Assembly (NCBI GenBank): GCA_030655015.1 | Contig: JAURWJ010000018.1 | Coordinates: 12,345-76,344 of the forward strand | DNA length: 64,000 bases | Source of the DNA: Methylotenera sp. | Lineage (GTDB): Bacteria; Pseudomonadota; Gammaproteobacteria; Burkholderiales; Methylophilaceae | Direction of reading: 5' to 3' | Shown: in pieces, positions 9,801 through 17,986 of the stretch | Layout of the letters: every line of letters begins with the position of its first letter | Numbering within the stretch: the first letter of the stretch is position 1 | The notes under the pieces: model-generated | Databases searched by the model: none | Told to the model about the DNA's origin: nothing | What the model saw: the letters and a program-made list of their open reading frames with translations, nothing else | Position numbers and translations under genes: made by a program

Positions 9801-12800
9801 GAGCTTTCAGCGATGACGGTTTTAACAATCTTGCGGCTAATAGCGGTGCGGTTTACCTGTTCAGTTTCAGTGACAGTGATTTCTCCAACGGAACTCTACA
9901 AGCCACCATCGGCAAGGGTTATAGCGCGGGTGCCAAAGATTACGATTTGTCAGCCAAAGGGGGGGCGTCGGTCACATCGCTCGCGGCGAACGACGCATTT
10001 GGCTCCACGGTCTCGCTCAATAGTGCGGGTGATCGTATGGCGGTGGGAACCAATGCTGGCTACGGCGAGGTCTACCTGTTCAGCTTTAGCGGCAGCAGTT
10101 TTGCTGGTGGGACGCTGGAATCAATTATCGGCTATAACAATACGGGCGGGAAAAATATTGCTGTATCGAGGCTGGCATCGGACGACAACTTTGGCAAAGG
10201 GGTTTCGCTTAATGGGGTGGGGGATCGTTTGGCAGTGTCCGCCTTTTTGGATGATGGGAGCGCAGAAAGTTGCACCGATTGCGGTGCTGTCTATCTATTC
10301 AGTTTCGATAGCGCCAACGGTGTTACTAACTTCTCGAACGGTCAGCTTGCCGGAATCATCGGTTCTGGCTATACCGGTGGCAAGAATGTCGATTTAAGCT
10401 CGGTAATCTCGACAGGAGAAGGCTTTGGCGCTGCCGTCTCGCTAAATGCCGCTGGAGATCGCTTGGCAGCAAACGTTCCCAATCGCAACAACAACGAAGG
10501 TGCGGTTTATCTGCTTAGCTTCACCGATACCAACTTCAGCGGCGGGGCACTGGCAACCACTATCGGCAAAAACGGTGGCGCATACACCTATGATATCAAT
10601 GTGCCTACTTTGGATCAGACCGATATTTTTGGTTACTCGATTTCCCTAAATGGCGTGGGAGATCGCCTCGCAGTCGGTTCCTACAAAGACGATGGTTTTG
10701 GCGTAGGCAATAATGGCAATGACTATGGCGCGGCTTACCTCTTTAGTTTTGACAGTACTAACGGGGTCACTAATTTTGCCAACGGCAAGCTTGAAGCGAC
10801 AATTGGCCATGGTTATACGGGCGGAAAAAATATCGACTTGAGCGCAAAACTCGATTCGACAGACCTTTTCGGCTCAGGAATAGCCCTTAACGATGCGGGC
10901 GATCAGTTGGCGGTCGGCGCGCGTCAGGATGATGGGGGTTATGCCAATAGTGCCACTGACTCAGGCGCAGCATACCTTTTTAAGTTTACCGACAATACAT
11001 TCTCAGGGGGTACGCATGCGGCAACCATCGGCAAAAACTATAATGGCAGTAACGATATAAACCTTGCACTGGATAACGGCGATAGATTTGGTCAATCGGT
11101 TTCATTTAACGCAGCCGGCGACCGCTTGGCGGTGGGTGCTTGGGGCGATGATGGCTATGGGGTAGGCGTCACACCAGCCAACAACTACGGTGCGGTTTAC
11201 CTCTTCTCGCAAGCCACCTCTTTTATCGGCAATCAAGTGGGTGATGCTGTCTATGCCACCTTGCCTGATAGCAGTATCGCGCTTTCACCTAGCGATGTAG
11301 CGGCCTTGCTGGATGCGGGTGTAGCGGTGACCTTGCAGGCATCCAACGACATCACGCTGACTTCGGCAATCAAGACCAATAATCCCAACGGCAATGGCGG
11401 TGCATTTACCTTGCAGGCAGGGCGTTCGCTACTGCTCAACGGCAGTATCACGACAGATAACGGCAACCTGACCCTGATCGCCAACGACAAGGCAGCCAAC
11501 GGCGTGGTCAATGCCTATCGTGATGCAGGTGCGGCAGAGATTACGATGGGTTCTGGTGTGGTTTTTAATGCGGGTACAGGCAATGTATTGATCGAGCTGC
11601 GCGATGGTGCTGGCCTCACCAATAGCACGTCGGGCAATATCACCCTAAAGGATATTACTGCTAATACTATTACAGCAATCAATGCAGGCGCTACGGCGGG
11701 CTCTGGCATTATCCTGAATGGTGCGCTGACAGCCACGGCAAGCAGTGGCGATGCCATTGTGCTGGCGGGTGATGATTTCACCAATAACTTCGGCAGTTCT
11801 GCGCTGACAACTAGCGGCACTGGCCGTTGGTTGGTTTGGTCTACCGACTTTGCAAATGATACCCGTGGAAGTCTGGTTTATGACTTCAAGCAATACAACG
11901 CCACTTATGGTAGCAGCTCGGTATTGGGAAGCGGAAACGGCTTCCTTTACACTTTGGCGCCGACTGTTACCGCCAGTCTGACTGGCACGGTCAGCAAAGT
12001 TTACGATGGCAATACCGATGCCACTCTGGTTTCTGGTGATTACAGTGTTACCGGCACCGTAGATGGTGATTCTGTTAACTTAGCGCAAACTTCGGCCAGC
12101 TACGACGACAAGAATGTCGGCACGACTAAGACGGTCACAGCCAGCGGCTTGTCCATCGATTCCGCCACCAATGGCGGTGCCACTGTTTATGGCTACCAGC
12201 TTACTAATACTACGGCCAATGCCAATGTTGGTGCCATCACTGTGAAAACCCTGACGGCAACGTACACTGGTGTTAACCGTATTTATGACAGAACCACGGA
12301 CGCCACGGTGACCAGCAGTGATGATCGTATATCGGGTGATATTTTAACGATTGCTGAAACAGCCGCCTTTACCGATAAAAATGTCGGCACTGGCAAAACG
12401 GTGAATGTGACTGGTGCCAGCTTGTCTGGTACCGATGCTGGTAACTATGTGTTAGCAGCAATCACAGGAACAACGACAGCCGATATTACGGTGAAAACCT
12501 TAACGGCCAGTTACAGCGGCGTAAACCGTATTTATGACGGTACGACTGATGCCACGGTCACCAGCAGTGATGACCGTATTTCTGGTGATATTTTAACGAT
12601 TGCTGAAACAGCCACCTTTACCGACAAAAATGTCAGCACAGGCAAAACGGTGAATGTGGCTGGTGCCAGCTTGTCTGGTACCGATGCTGGTAACTATGTG
12701 TTGGCTGCAACCACAGGCACAACGACTGCCGATATTACGGTGAAAACCTTAACGGCCAGTTACACTGGTGTAAACCGTATTTATGACGGAACAACTGATG

Positions 12801-15800
12801 CCACGGTGACCAGCAGTGATGATCGTATATCGGGTGATATTTTAACGATTGCCGAAACAGCCGCCTTTACCGATAAAAATGTCGACACAGGTAAAACGGT
12901 GAATGTGACTGGTGCCAGCTTGTCTGGTACCGATGCTGGTAACTATGTGTTGGCTGCAACCACAGGCACAACGACTGCTGATATTACCGCCAAGGCGATC
13001 ACAGTCAGCGGTATGACTGCCGACAACAAGGTGTATGACGGCACGACTGATGCTACGGTGGTCACCACTGGAGTCGTGTTTAACGGCATGATTACCAATG
13101 ATGATCTGAGTGTGACCGCCACGGGCATGTTCGATAACAAGAACGTTGGCACAGGCAAGACAGTGACCCTGAGTAGCAGTTATGGAGGTGGCGATGTAGC
13201 CAACTACAGCTTCACCGACCAAGCTGACACCACTGCATCCATTACGCCTGCAGCATTGAATATTATTGCCAACAATGACGCCAAGTTCGTAACGCAAGCC
13301 GATAACGCTGGTTTTGCAGGCGTAAGTTATACCGGTTTTGTGAATGGTGAGACCGATTCGGTACTGGCAGGGACTTTATCGATCACGCGCTCGAATTCCG
13401 GCACGGATACCGCAGGCATCTACAATGATGTGCTAGTGGCTTCAGGTCTGAGCTCGTCCAACTATGACATCACCTTTGCGGCCGGGGATTACACCATTGT
13501 GCCGTCAGACCAGCTTCTGGTTCGCGTGCAGAATGTCAGCGACACCTACGGTACCGCAACGCAATATGCGATCAGCTCGGTGGAGTATTTTGATGGCTCG
13601 GGCATTGTTCGTCTGGATGACAGTTCCGTTTTGGGCTCAAGTGTTTCAATTGATGCTGGCAATGCCCTCACAATAAACGATGGCTCGGCTGGCACGGCCA
13701 GCTTCACACTTGAACCGCAATCTGCGGCAACATCAACGGCAGGCAAGCTCATTGTCGGTGCGTACCAACTCGGCATCAGTGGTGCGGTAACAGAGAATTC
13801 GGCCAATTTCAGCGACACGATCACGGTGGTCGGCGCACACCAGGTCAATCAAAAAAGCATTACTGCCACGAATACGGGTACGGTTAGCAAGGTCTATGAT
13901 CGCACTACCGATATGACGGGAGTGACCTTGGCCCTATCCACGCTTGAAACCAATGATGTGGTCTCCGTGGATGGCATCGGGGCATTTGATCAGAAAGATG
14001 TCGGCACAGGCCTAGGCTACACCATCAGCAATCTGAGCTTAAGCGGCACGGATTCAGAAAATTATTATCTTTCTGCTGGCACCAGCTTCTCTGGTAGCAA
14101 TGGTGAGATTACCGCACGTGTTCTAGCGTTGAATTTCGAAGGGGTTAACAAGATTTATGACGGCAATGCCACTGTTACAGTGAATGTTAGCGATGATCGT
14201 ATCAACGGCGATCAATTCACCATTCAACGGAATGCGAACTTTTCCGACAAGAATGTCGGTGAAAATAAAGTAGTCAGCATCTCAGGCGTGAGTTTGATTG
14301 GTGATGATGCAAATAACTATACGCTAGACGGCATAGGCAGTGGCACCGCAAGTGCAGATATCACCCGTCTGGATTCAGTCACATGGGTAGGCGGCACAAC
14401 TGGTAACTGGTTCGATCCAGCAAACTGGGCGGGCGGTGCCGTGCCTGACCTTGCCAATGTGGCAAATGTGCTCATCCCCGTAGGTATAACGGTTTCTTTC
14501 GATACTGCAGGAGCGGTCTTCCCAGCTGATGCATCGCAAGTGGTTCATATAGCCCAATTGGGTTCTTCTGGATCGCTTATTCAGTCAGACGGTTCGCTTG
14601 ATATAGGCATAGGTGGCATGACGCTGGACAGCTATACGCAAAGTGGCGGTGCGCTGACAAATGCGGGCCCAACGACCTTATCCAACCTCACCCAGTCTGG
14701 CGGTAGCTTCACAGGAGAGGGAGATCTCACCACGGAGAGCTTCACGCAAACAGGTGGTGCTACCGCTATTTCCGAAGACTTTACGGCTACACAAAGCTTT
14801 AGCCAAACCGCAGACGGAAGCCTGGCGGTGGGTGGGAATACGTCCATCACCGATACCAGTGGCGGCATGACCATCGGTAATTTGAACACCTCGGGCACAA
14901 CGACCTTGACGAGTACGGATGGTGCTATTTCTCAAGTCTCGGGCACAACGATCGTTTCCGGTGGCGACGCGACAATAACGGCCAGCGATGGGGGCTCACC
15001 AGCCACTTACTTTGATGTGACTCTGGACGAGGAAGGCAACGTCTTTGACGGAAAAGTCACCGTTGTGGGTGACAACGTCACGCTTTCAGCGACAGGCGAT
15101 CTGGATGCAGACGTGACGGCTGAAGGGAATGCCACCGTCAATGCAGGAGGTGATTTAACCGCTGATATCACCGCTGGAGGCGATGCTACACTCACCTCGG
15201 GTGGAGATATGGTTGCGGTGCTAGATGTGGTCGGCGACAGCACGCTGACCTCAGGGGGTGATCTCACCGTCTCAGGCAACAGCAACGACCTGACCACCGT
15301 AAGTGGTGGAACCACCGTCTTCGGTGATACGACACTCACTGGTAATCTCAATGCAACGAGCGATGGCGACATCACGCAAACAGGACCTCTCGATGTAATG
15401 GGTACAAGCAACCTAGTCTCAACGAATGGTGATATCACCCTCGATAACCCAGCCAACGCCTTTGGTGATAACGTCACCGCAACGGGTGACAACGTCACGC
15501 TTGCAGCAACAGGTGACTTGGATGCAGACGTGACAGCCACAGGGAATGCCACTGTCAATGCGAGTGGTAATTTAACGGCTGATATCACCGCTGGAGGCAA
15601 TGCTACACTCACATCGGGTGGAGATATGGTTGCGGTGCTAGATGTGGTCGGCGACAGCACGCTGACCTCAGGGGGTGATCTCACCGTCTCAGGCAACAGT
15701 AACGACTTGACCACCGTAAGTGGTGGAACCACCGTCTTCGGTGATACGACACTCACTGGTAATCTCAATGCAACGAGCGATGGCGACATCACACAAACTG

Positions 15801-16720
15801 GCCCGCTTGATGTTGCGGGTACAACCGATGTGACTTCAACGAATGGCGATATTATCTTTGACGATACCAGTAACACCTTTGGTGGCACCGTCACCGCAAC
15901 GGGGGACAACGTCACGCTTTCAGCGACAGGTGACTTGGATGCAGACGTGACGGCTGAAGGCAATGCCACGGTCAATGCGAGTGGTAATTTAACGGCCGAT
16001 ATCACCGCTGGAGGCGATGCTACACTCACATCGGGTGGAGATATGGTTGCGGTGCTAGATGTGGGCGGAGATACCTCGTTCACACACGGTGGAAGTCTGA
16101 ATGTTTCTGACAATAGTACAGGCACAGGTGGTGACGATAGCAGCGCTACAAAAAATCTGCCATTGATTCAGGAGGTGCGCGCTGTAGCGAATGGTGGTCC
16201 TTTTGGTGATTTTGAAGGTAAGAACGATCTCTTCGATTACGCGCCCGTATTGGAAACTGGCGCTGATGCTGCTACAGCCTATAGCACAACGGTAATCAAC
16301 ATCGATGGCAGCACCATTACGGCATCTCTATCAACCGACGGCATGGTAAGTATCGCGACGGTGACTTCCGATGGACGTACCACCAGCCGCATAGATAGAC
16401 TGGATATTGATACCTTGCCAGTACATACACTTGAGCTGTCGCTTTCCATCGCTCAACTCGATGTTGGCAGCTTCTTGTTACTTGACGAGGTCCGCACCCA
16501 CAATCCAGAGATCGTCGCGATACTGTCTGTGTTTGGGCAGGGTAACTTGCCACTGCCAGCGGGGTTGAGTTATGACCAGGCGACAGGTCAGCTAAGTGTC
16601 AAGGGGTGGGCAAACTGGGATCCTGAACAAGCTCCTGTCTATGCGCTGGCTGTTGATCGTATGGGGAATCTGCTGTTACTGCGCGTGCGCAAGGCACAGA
16701 AGATATCAGACGCTCTGTGA
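6866..16720 (+). CDS. TpsA exoprotein/adhesin: ESPR signal, FHA-type TPS domain, 12 FG-GAP-like repeats, YDG and MBG-like repeats
   Basis: MNRIYRLLW..AWVVASE; VNPSGIVFG; LLLDP; repeated GDRLAVGA..DDG..GAVYLF; KVYDG repeats; follows tpsB. Confidence 0.92.
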   Translation: MNRIYRLLWSRSRGAWVVASECAKRTGKSSTVGQAKTLAAIAASSLIGMSGMALADPAVNALPTGGQITAGSGAISSAGNAMTVQQNTQKMIANWQSFDIGANASVTFKQPNSSSIALNRIAGQNPSQIMGQLNANGRVMLVNPSGIVFGQGSQINVGGITATTLNISDADFLAGNYHFADSTNTAAIENLGHILANGGVVALVAPIVRNEGAIDTPNGSTALVAGNDVTLDFSGDGLVSVTVSQSQLNNLVENKGAIRADEGLVILTAGAASDVLSGIVNNSGIVEAKGLTQRGGRIVLGGGEVTNTGILNTSSSAHNGGDIAIDGRFVALGGEINTDGVSGGNITVTSHGDLSLADQVHAKGITGDGGTVSYSAAGRIIENNGSVTDASGQQNGGAITLEGGRVFSSGSYSATGATGHGGRIDMTAGQDINLLSAHLDASGKTEGGLIRVGGAFQGGKTVAQGGSAPNTPEHERFVDRWATLPGIRNAQKTMVNDSSTLNVSASNGDGGTAIVWSDIQTTMVGSINATGTSKGGAVEISSANELRHASLSNVSIGAGGQLLLDPKNITIGDAATATSWTYAAILGLGYTPGDGLAAGDQNGMSVALNELGDLLAIGSQYDDGAGNSQTDSGAVYLFSFGDGSFTGATLQSTIGNGYSGGKNVNLALDAGDGFGRGVSLNAAGDRLAVGARGDDGAANNLSDSGAVYLFSFSDGSFSGGVRTATIGNGYTGGNNINTSAGASSYFGYDVALNGVGDRLAVGAYGQDTKSGRVHLYTFNSSAGVTDFSGGVLAGSIGRGLTGGKNVTMTGILDDNDEFGQGVSLNAAGDRLAVGAHYDDVGGDVNNGAVYLFTFTDTSFTGGQLAAKIGKGFSGGKNIDLTGVVAAGDELGESVSLNAAGDRLAVSAHGDDGFSNGVNNSGAVYLFSFTDTSFTGGALEAILGNGYTGGKNVNVSTLEASDQFGYGLALNGVGNRLAVGAFSDDGFNNLAANSGAVYLFSFSDSDFSNGTLQATIGKGYSAGAKDYDLSAKGGASVTSLAANDAFGSTVSLNSAGDRMAVGTNAGYGEVYLFSFSGSSFAGGTLESIIGYNNTGGKNIAVSRLASDDNFGKGVSLNGVGDRLAVSAFLDDGSAESCTDCGAVYLFSFDSANGVTNFSNGQLAGIIGSGYTGGKNVDLSSVISTGEGFGAAVSLNAAGDRLAANVPNRNNNEGAVYLLSFTDTNFSGGALATTIGKNGGAYTYDINVPTLDQTDIFGYSISLNGVGDRLAVGSYKDDGFGVGNNGNDYGAAYLFSFDSTNGVTNFANGKLEATIGHGYTGGKNIDLSAKLDSTDLFGSGIALNDAGDQLAVGARQDDGGYANSATDSGAAYLFKFTDNTFSGGTHAATIGKNYNGSNDINLALDNGDRFGQSVSFNAAGDRLAVGAWGDDGYGVGVTPANNYGAVYLFSQATSFIGNQVGDAVYATLPDSSIALSPSDVAALLDAGVAVTLQASNDITLTSAIKTNNPNGNGGAFTLQAGRSLLLNGSITTDNGNLTLIANDKAANGVVNAYRDAGAAEITMGSGVVFNAGTGNVLIELRDGAGLTNSTSGNITLKDITANTITAINAGATAGSGIILNGALTATASSGDAIVLAGDDFTNNFGSSALTTSGTGRWLVWSTDFANDTRGSLVYDFKQYNATYGSSSVLGSGNGFLYTLAPTVTASLTGTVSKVYDGNTDATLVSGDYSVTGTVDGDSVNLAQTSASYDDKNVGTTKTVTASGLSIDSATNGGATVYGYQLTNTTANANVGAITVKTLTATYTGVNRIYDRTTDATVTSSDDRISGDILTIAETAAFTDKNVGTGKTVNVTGASLSGTDAGNYVLAAITGTTTADITVKTLTASYSGVNRIYDGTTDATVTSSDDRISGDILTIAETATFTDKNVSTGKTVNVAGASLSGTDAGNYVLAATTGTTTADITVKTLTASYTGVNRIYDGTTDATVTSSDDRISGDILTIAETAAFTDKNVDTGKTVNVTGASLSGTDAGNYVLAATTGTTTADITAKAITVSGMTADNKVYDGTTDATVVTTGVVFNGMITNDDLSVTATGMFDNKNVGTGKTVTLSSSYGGGDVANYSFTDQADTTASITPAALNIIANNDAKFVTQADNAGFAGVSYTGFVNGETDSVLAGTLSITRSNSGTDTAGIYNDVLVASGLSSSNYDITFAAGDYTIVPSDQLLVRVQNVSDTYGTATQYAISSVEYFDGSGIVRLDDSSVLGSSVSIDAGNALTINDGSAGTASFTLEPQSAATSTAGKLIVGAYQLGISGAVTENSANFSDTITVVGAHQVNQKSITATNTGTVSKVYDRTTDMTGVTLALSTLETNDVVSVDGIGAFDQKDVGTGLGYTISNLSLSGTDSENYYLSAGTSFSGSNGEITARVLALNFEGVNKIYDGNATVTVNVSDDRINGDQFTIQRNANFSDKNVGENKVVSISGVSLIGDDANNYTLDGIGSGTASADITRLDSVTWVGGTTGNWFDPANWAGGAVPDLANVANVLIPVGITVSFDTAGAVFPADASQVVHIAQLGSSGSLIQSDGSLDIGIGGMTLDSYTQSGGALTNAGPTTLSNLTQSGGSFTGEGDLTTESFTQTGGATAISEDFTATQSFSQTADGSLAVGGNTSITDTSGGMTIGNLNTSGTTTLTSTDGAISQVSGTTIVSGGDATITASDGGSPATYFDVTLDEEGNVFDGKVTVVGDNVTLSATGDLDADVTAEGNATVNAGGDLTADITAGGDATLTSGGDMVAVLDVVGDSTLTSGGDLTVSGNSNDLTTVSGGTTVFGDTTLTGNLNATSDGDITQTGPLDVMGTSNLVSTNGDITLDNPANAFGDNVTATGDNVTLAATGDLDADVTATGNATVNASGNLTADITAGGNATLTSGGDMVAVLDVVGDSTLTSGGDLTVSGNSNDLTTVSGGTTVFGDTTLTGNLNATSDGDITQTGPLDVAGTTDVTSTNGDIIFDDTSNTFGGTVTATGDNVTLSATGDLDADVTAEGNATVNASGNLTADITAGGDATLTSGGDMVAVLDVGGDTSFTHGGSLNVSDNSTGTGGDDSSATKNLPLIQEVRAVANGGPFGDFEGKNDLFDYAPVLETGADAATAYSTTVINIDGSTITASLSTDGMVSIATVTSDGRTTSRIDRLDIDTLPVHTLELSLSIAQLDVGSFLLLDEVRTHNPEIVAILSVFGQGNLPLPAGLSYDQATGQLSVKGWANWDPEQAPVYALAVDRMGNLLLLRVRKAQKISDAL
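12242..12988 (+). repeat. Three near-identical 249-bp (83-aa) YDG repeats within tpsA
   Basis: GTGAAAACC unit starts at 12242, 12491 and 12740. Confidence 0.85.
15071..16065 (+). repeat. About 2.4 copies of a 417-bp (139-aa) tandem repeat within tpsA
   Basis: GACAACGTCACG at 15071, 15488 and 15905. Confidence 0.85.
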
Positions 16721-16823
16721 AGTGATATTAGGATGGAATACGCACACAAGGAAAAGTGTGCATCTACCGCCTCGCAATTACCTATTCCACGGCGTGCTGG
16801 ATCGGATTGTTCCTGAAGCGCGC

Positions 16824-16925
16824 CTAGCCTTGGCTCTGCTTTCTCAGGCTACCCAGCGGATAGCCGAATTGCCTGCGGAAGGCTGTGCTGAAGTGGTTCG
16901 GCTGATATTGATGCCAACACAGCTC
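16824..16925 (-). pseudogene. Remnant of a second AraC-family gene (C-terminal HTH only)
   Basis: QPNHFSTAFRRQFGYPLGSLRK resembles the intact AraC end NHFITAFKREFGYTPGSLRR. Confidence 0.75.
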
Positions 16926-16994
16926 AGTCAACACTTGTTGAAATAGCTCACCATAGGTAGGAGGCTGTCGTTTAGGTCCCATAAAAATCCTCAG

Positions 16995-17085
16995 AAATTT
17001 GCTAGAAATCAATGTGTTATTATTGCATTTCTAGCAAATTTAAACTATCAAAAATATATTTTTATTAAACAAAATCAATTGCTTG
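16995..17085. repeat. 15-bp perfect inverted repeat with two IHF consensus sites
   Basis: AAATTTGCTAGAAAT (16995-17009) / ATTTCTAGCAAATTT (17027-17041); WATCAANNNNTTR at 17007 and 17073. Confidence 0.6.
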
Positions 17086-17120
17086 TGAGTTATTCATGGT
17101 CGACTAAGTAAGCGTCAAAT

Positions 17121-17152
17121 AAAAAGCCTCAGAGGAAACTCTGAGGCTTTTT
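17121..17152. terminator. Bidirectional intrinsic terminator
   Basis: AAAAAGCCTCAGAG-GAAA-CTCTGAGGCTTTTT. Confidence 0.85.
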
Positions 17153-17270
17153 GAACCACTTAATAACTATGCGATTGAAGAGTTACGTATTTAATATTAT
17201 CGACATCTCATAAAGTTACGTATTTATTCTCAAAGATACATATATATTATTACCTAACAAAAGCTAGCAG

Positions 17271-17852
17271 TTAAGCAAAATTAGCTGCGGCAAAATCCCA
17301 GTTAGCTAAAGAAGCTAAGAATACTTCAACGTATTTAGCGCGGGCATTGCGGTAATCAATGTAGTACGCATGCTCCCAAACATCAACGGTAAGCAGGGCT
17401 TTGTCGCCCGTTGTTAGCGGTGTGCCGGCAGCGCCCATGTTTACAATGTCTACAGAGCCGTCAGCTTTTTTAACCAGCCATGTCCAGCCAGAGCCAAAGT
17501 TGCCAACTGCTGAAGCTTGGAAGGCTTTTTTGAACTCGTCAAATGAACCCCATTTTGCATTAATCGCATCAGCTAGGGCAGCTGTTGGTGTGCCGCCACC
17601 GTTTGGCTTCATGCTGTTCCAAAAAAAGGTGTGGTTCCAAACTTGCGCAGAGTTGTTGTAAATACCAGCAGACGATTTTTTGATGATGTCTTCTAAACTT
17701 GCGTTCTCAAACTCAGTCCCTTTAATCAGGTTGTTTAAATTGGTGACGTATGTTTGGTGATGCTTGCCGTAGTGGTAGTCTAATGTTTCTTCAGAAATAT
17801 ACGGTGCAAGTGCGTTTTTAGCATAAGGTAGAGCAGGTAGTTGATGTTCCAT
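17271..17852 (-). CDS. sodB: Fe superoxide dismutase
   Basis: [27 protein letters not shown]. Confidence 0.95.
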   Translation of the reverse strand: MEHQLPALPYAKNALAPYISEETLDYHYGKHHQTYVTNLNNLIKGTEFENASLEDIIKKSSAGIYNNSAQVWNHTFFWNSMKPNGGGTPTAALADAINAKWGSFDEFKKAFQASAVGNFGSGWTWLVKKADGSVDIVNMGAAGTPLTTGDKALLTVDVWEHAYYIDYRNARAKYVEVFLASLANWDFAAANFA

Positions 17853-17986
17853 GATAGTCCTTTATTCGTGAAAAAGTCTGAATGCTTATTTTGCCATAAT
17901 AACAAGGTAATTTAGTAGGGTATTATTGTAATTTTTTATTTTTATAGTGAGTAGGCTTCAAGTTGTAGTTATAAATACCGCTATTA

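Larger units (their letters stand above)
3380..17240. mobile_element. Putative genomic island/transposon-like element carrying AraC plus a TPS system
   Basis: 17-bp inverted end motif at 3380-3396 and 17214-17230, extra 13-bp copy at 17181-17193; IS remnant at the left edge; accessory cargo. Confidence 0.55.

Noticed and set aside
6964-16125. Long antisense ORFs within tpsA (e.g. 7025-7948, 15007-16125)
   Set aside because: Shadow frames of a repetitive Gly/Thr/Asp-rich gene, with no independent motifs
6866-16720. TpsA as a CdiA toxin
   Set aside because: No VENN-type motif, recognisable toxin domain or immunity gene
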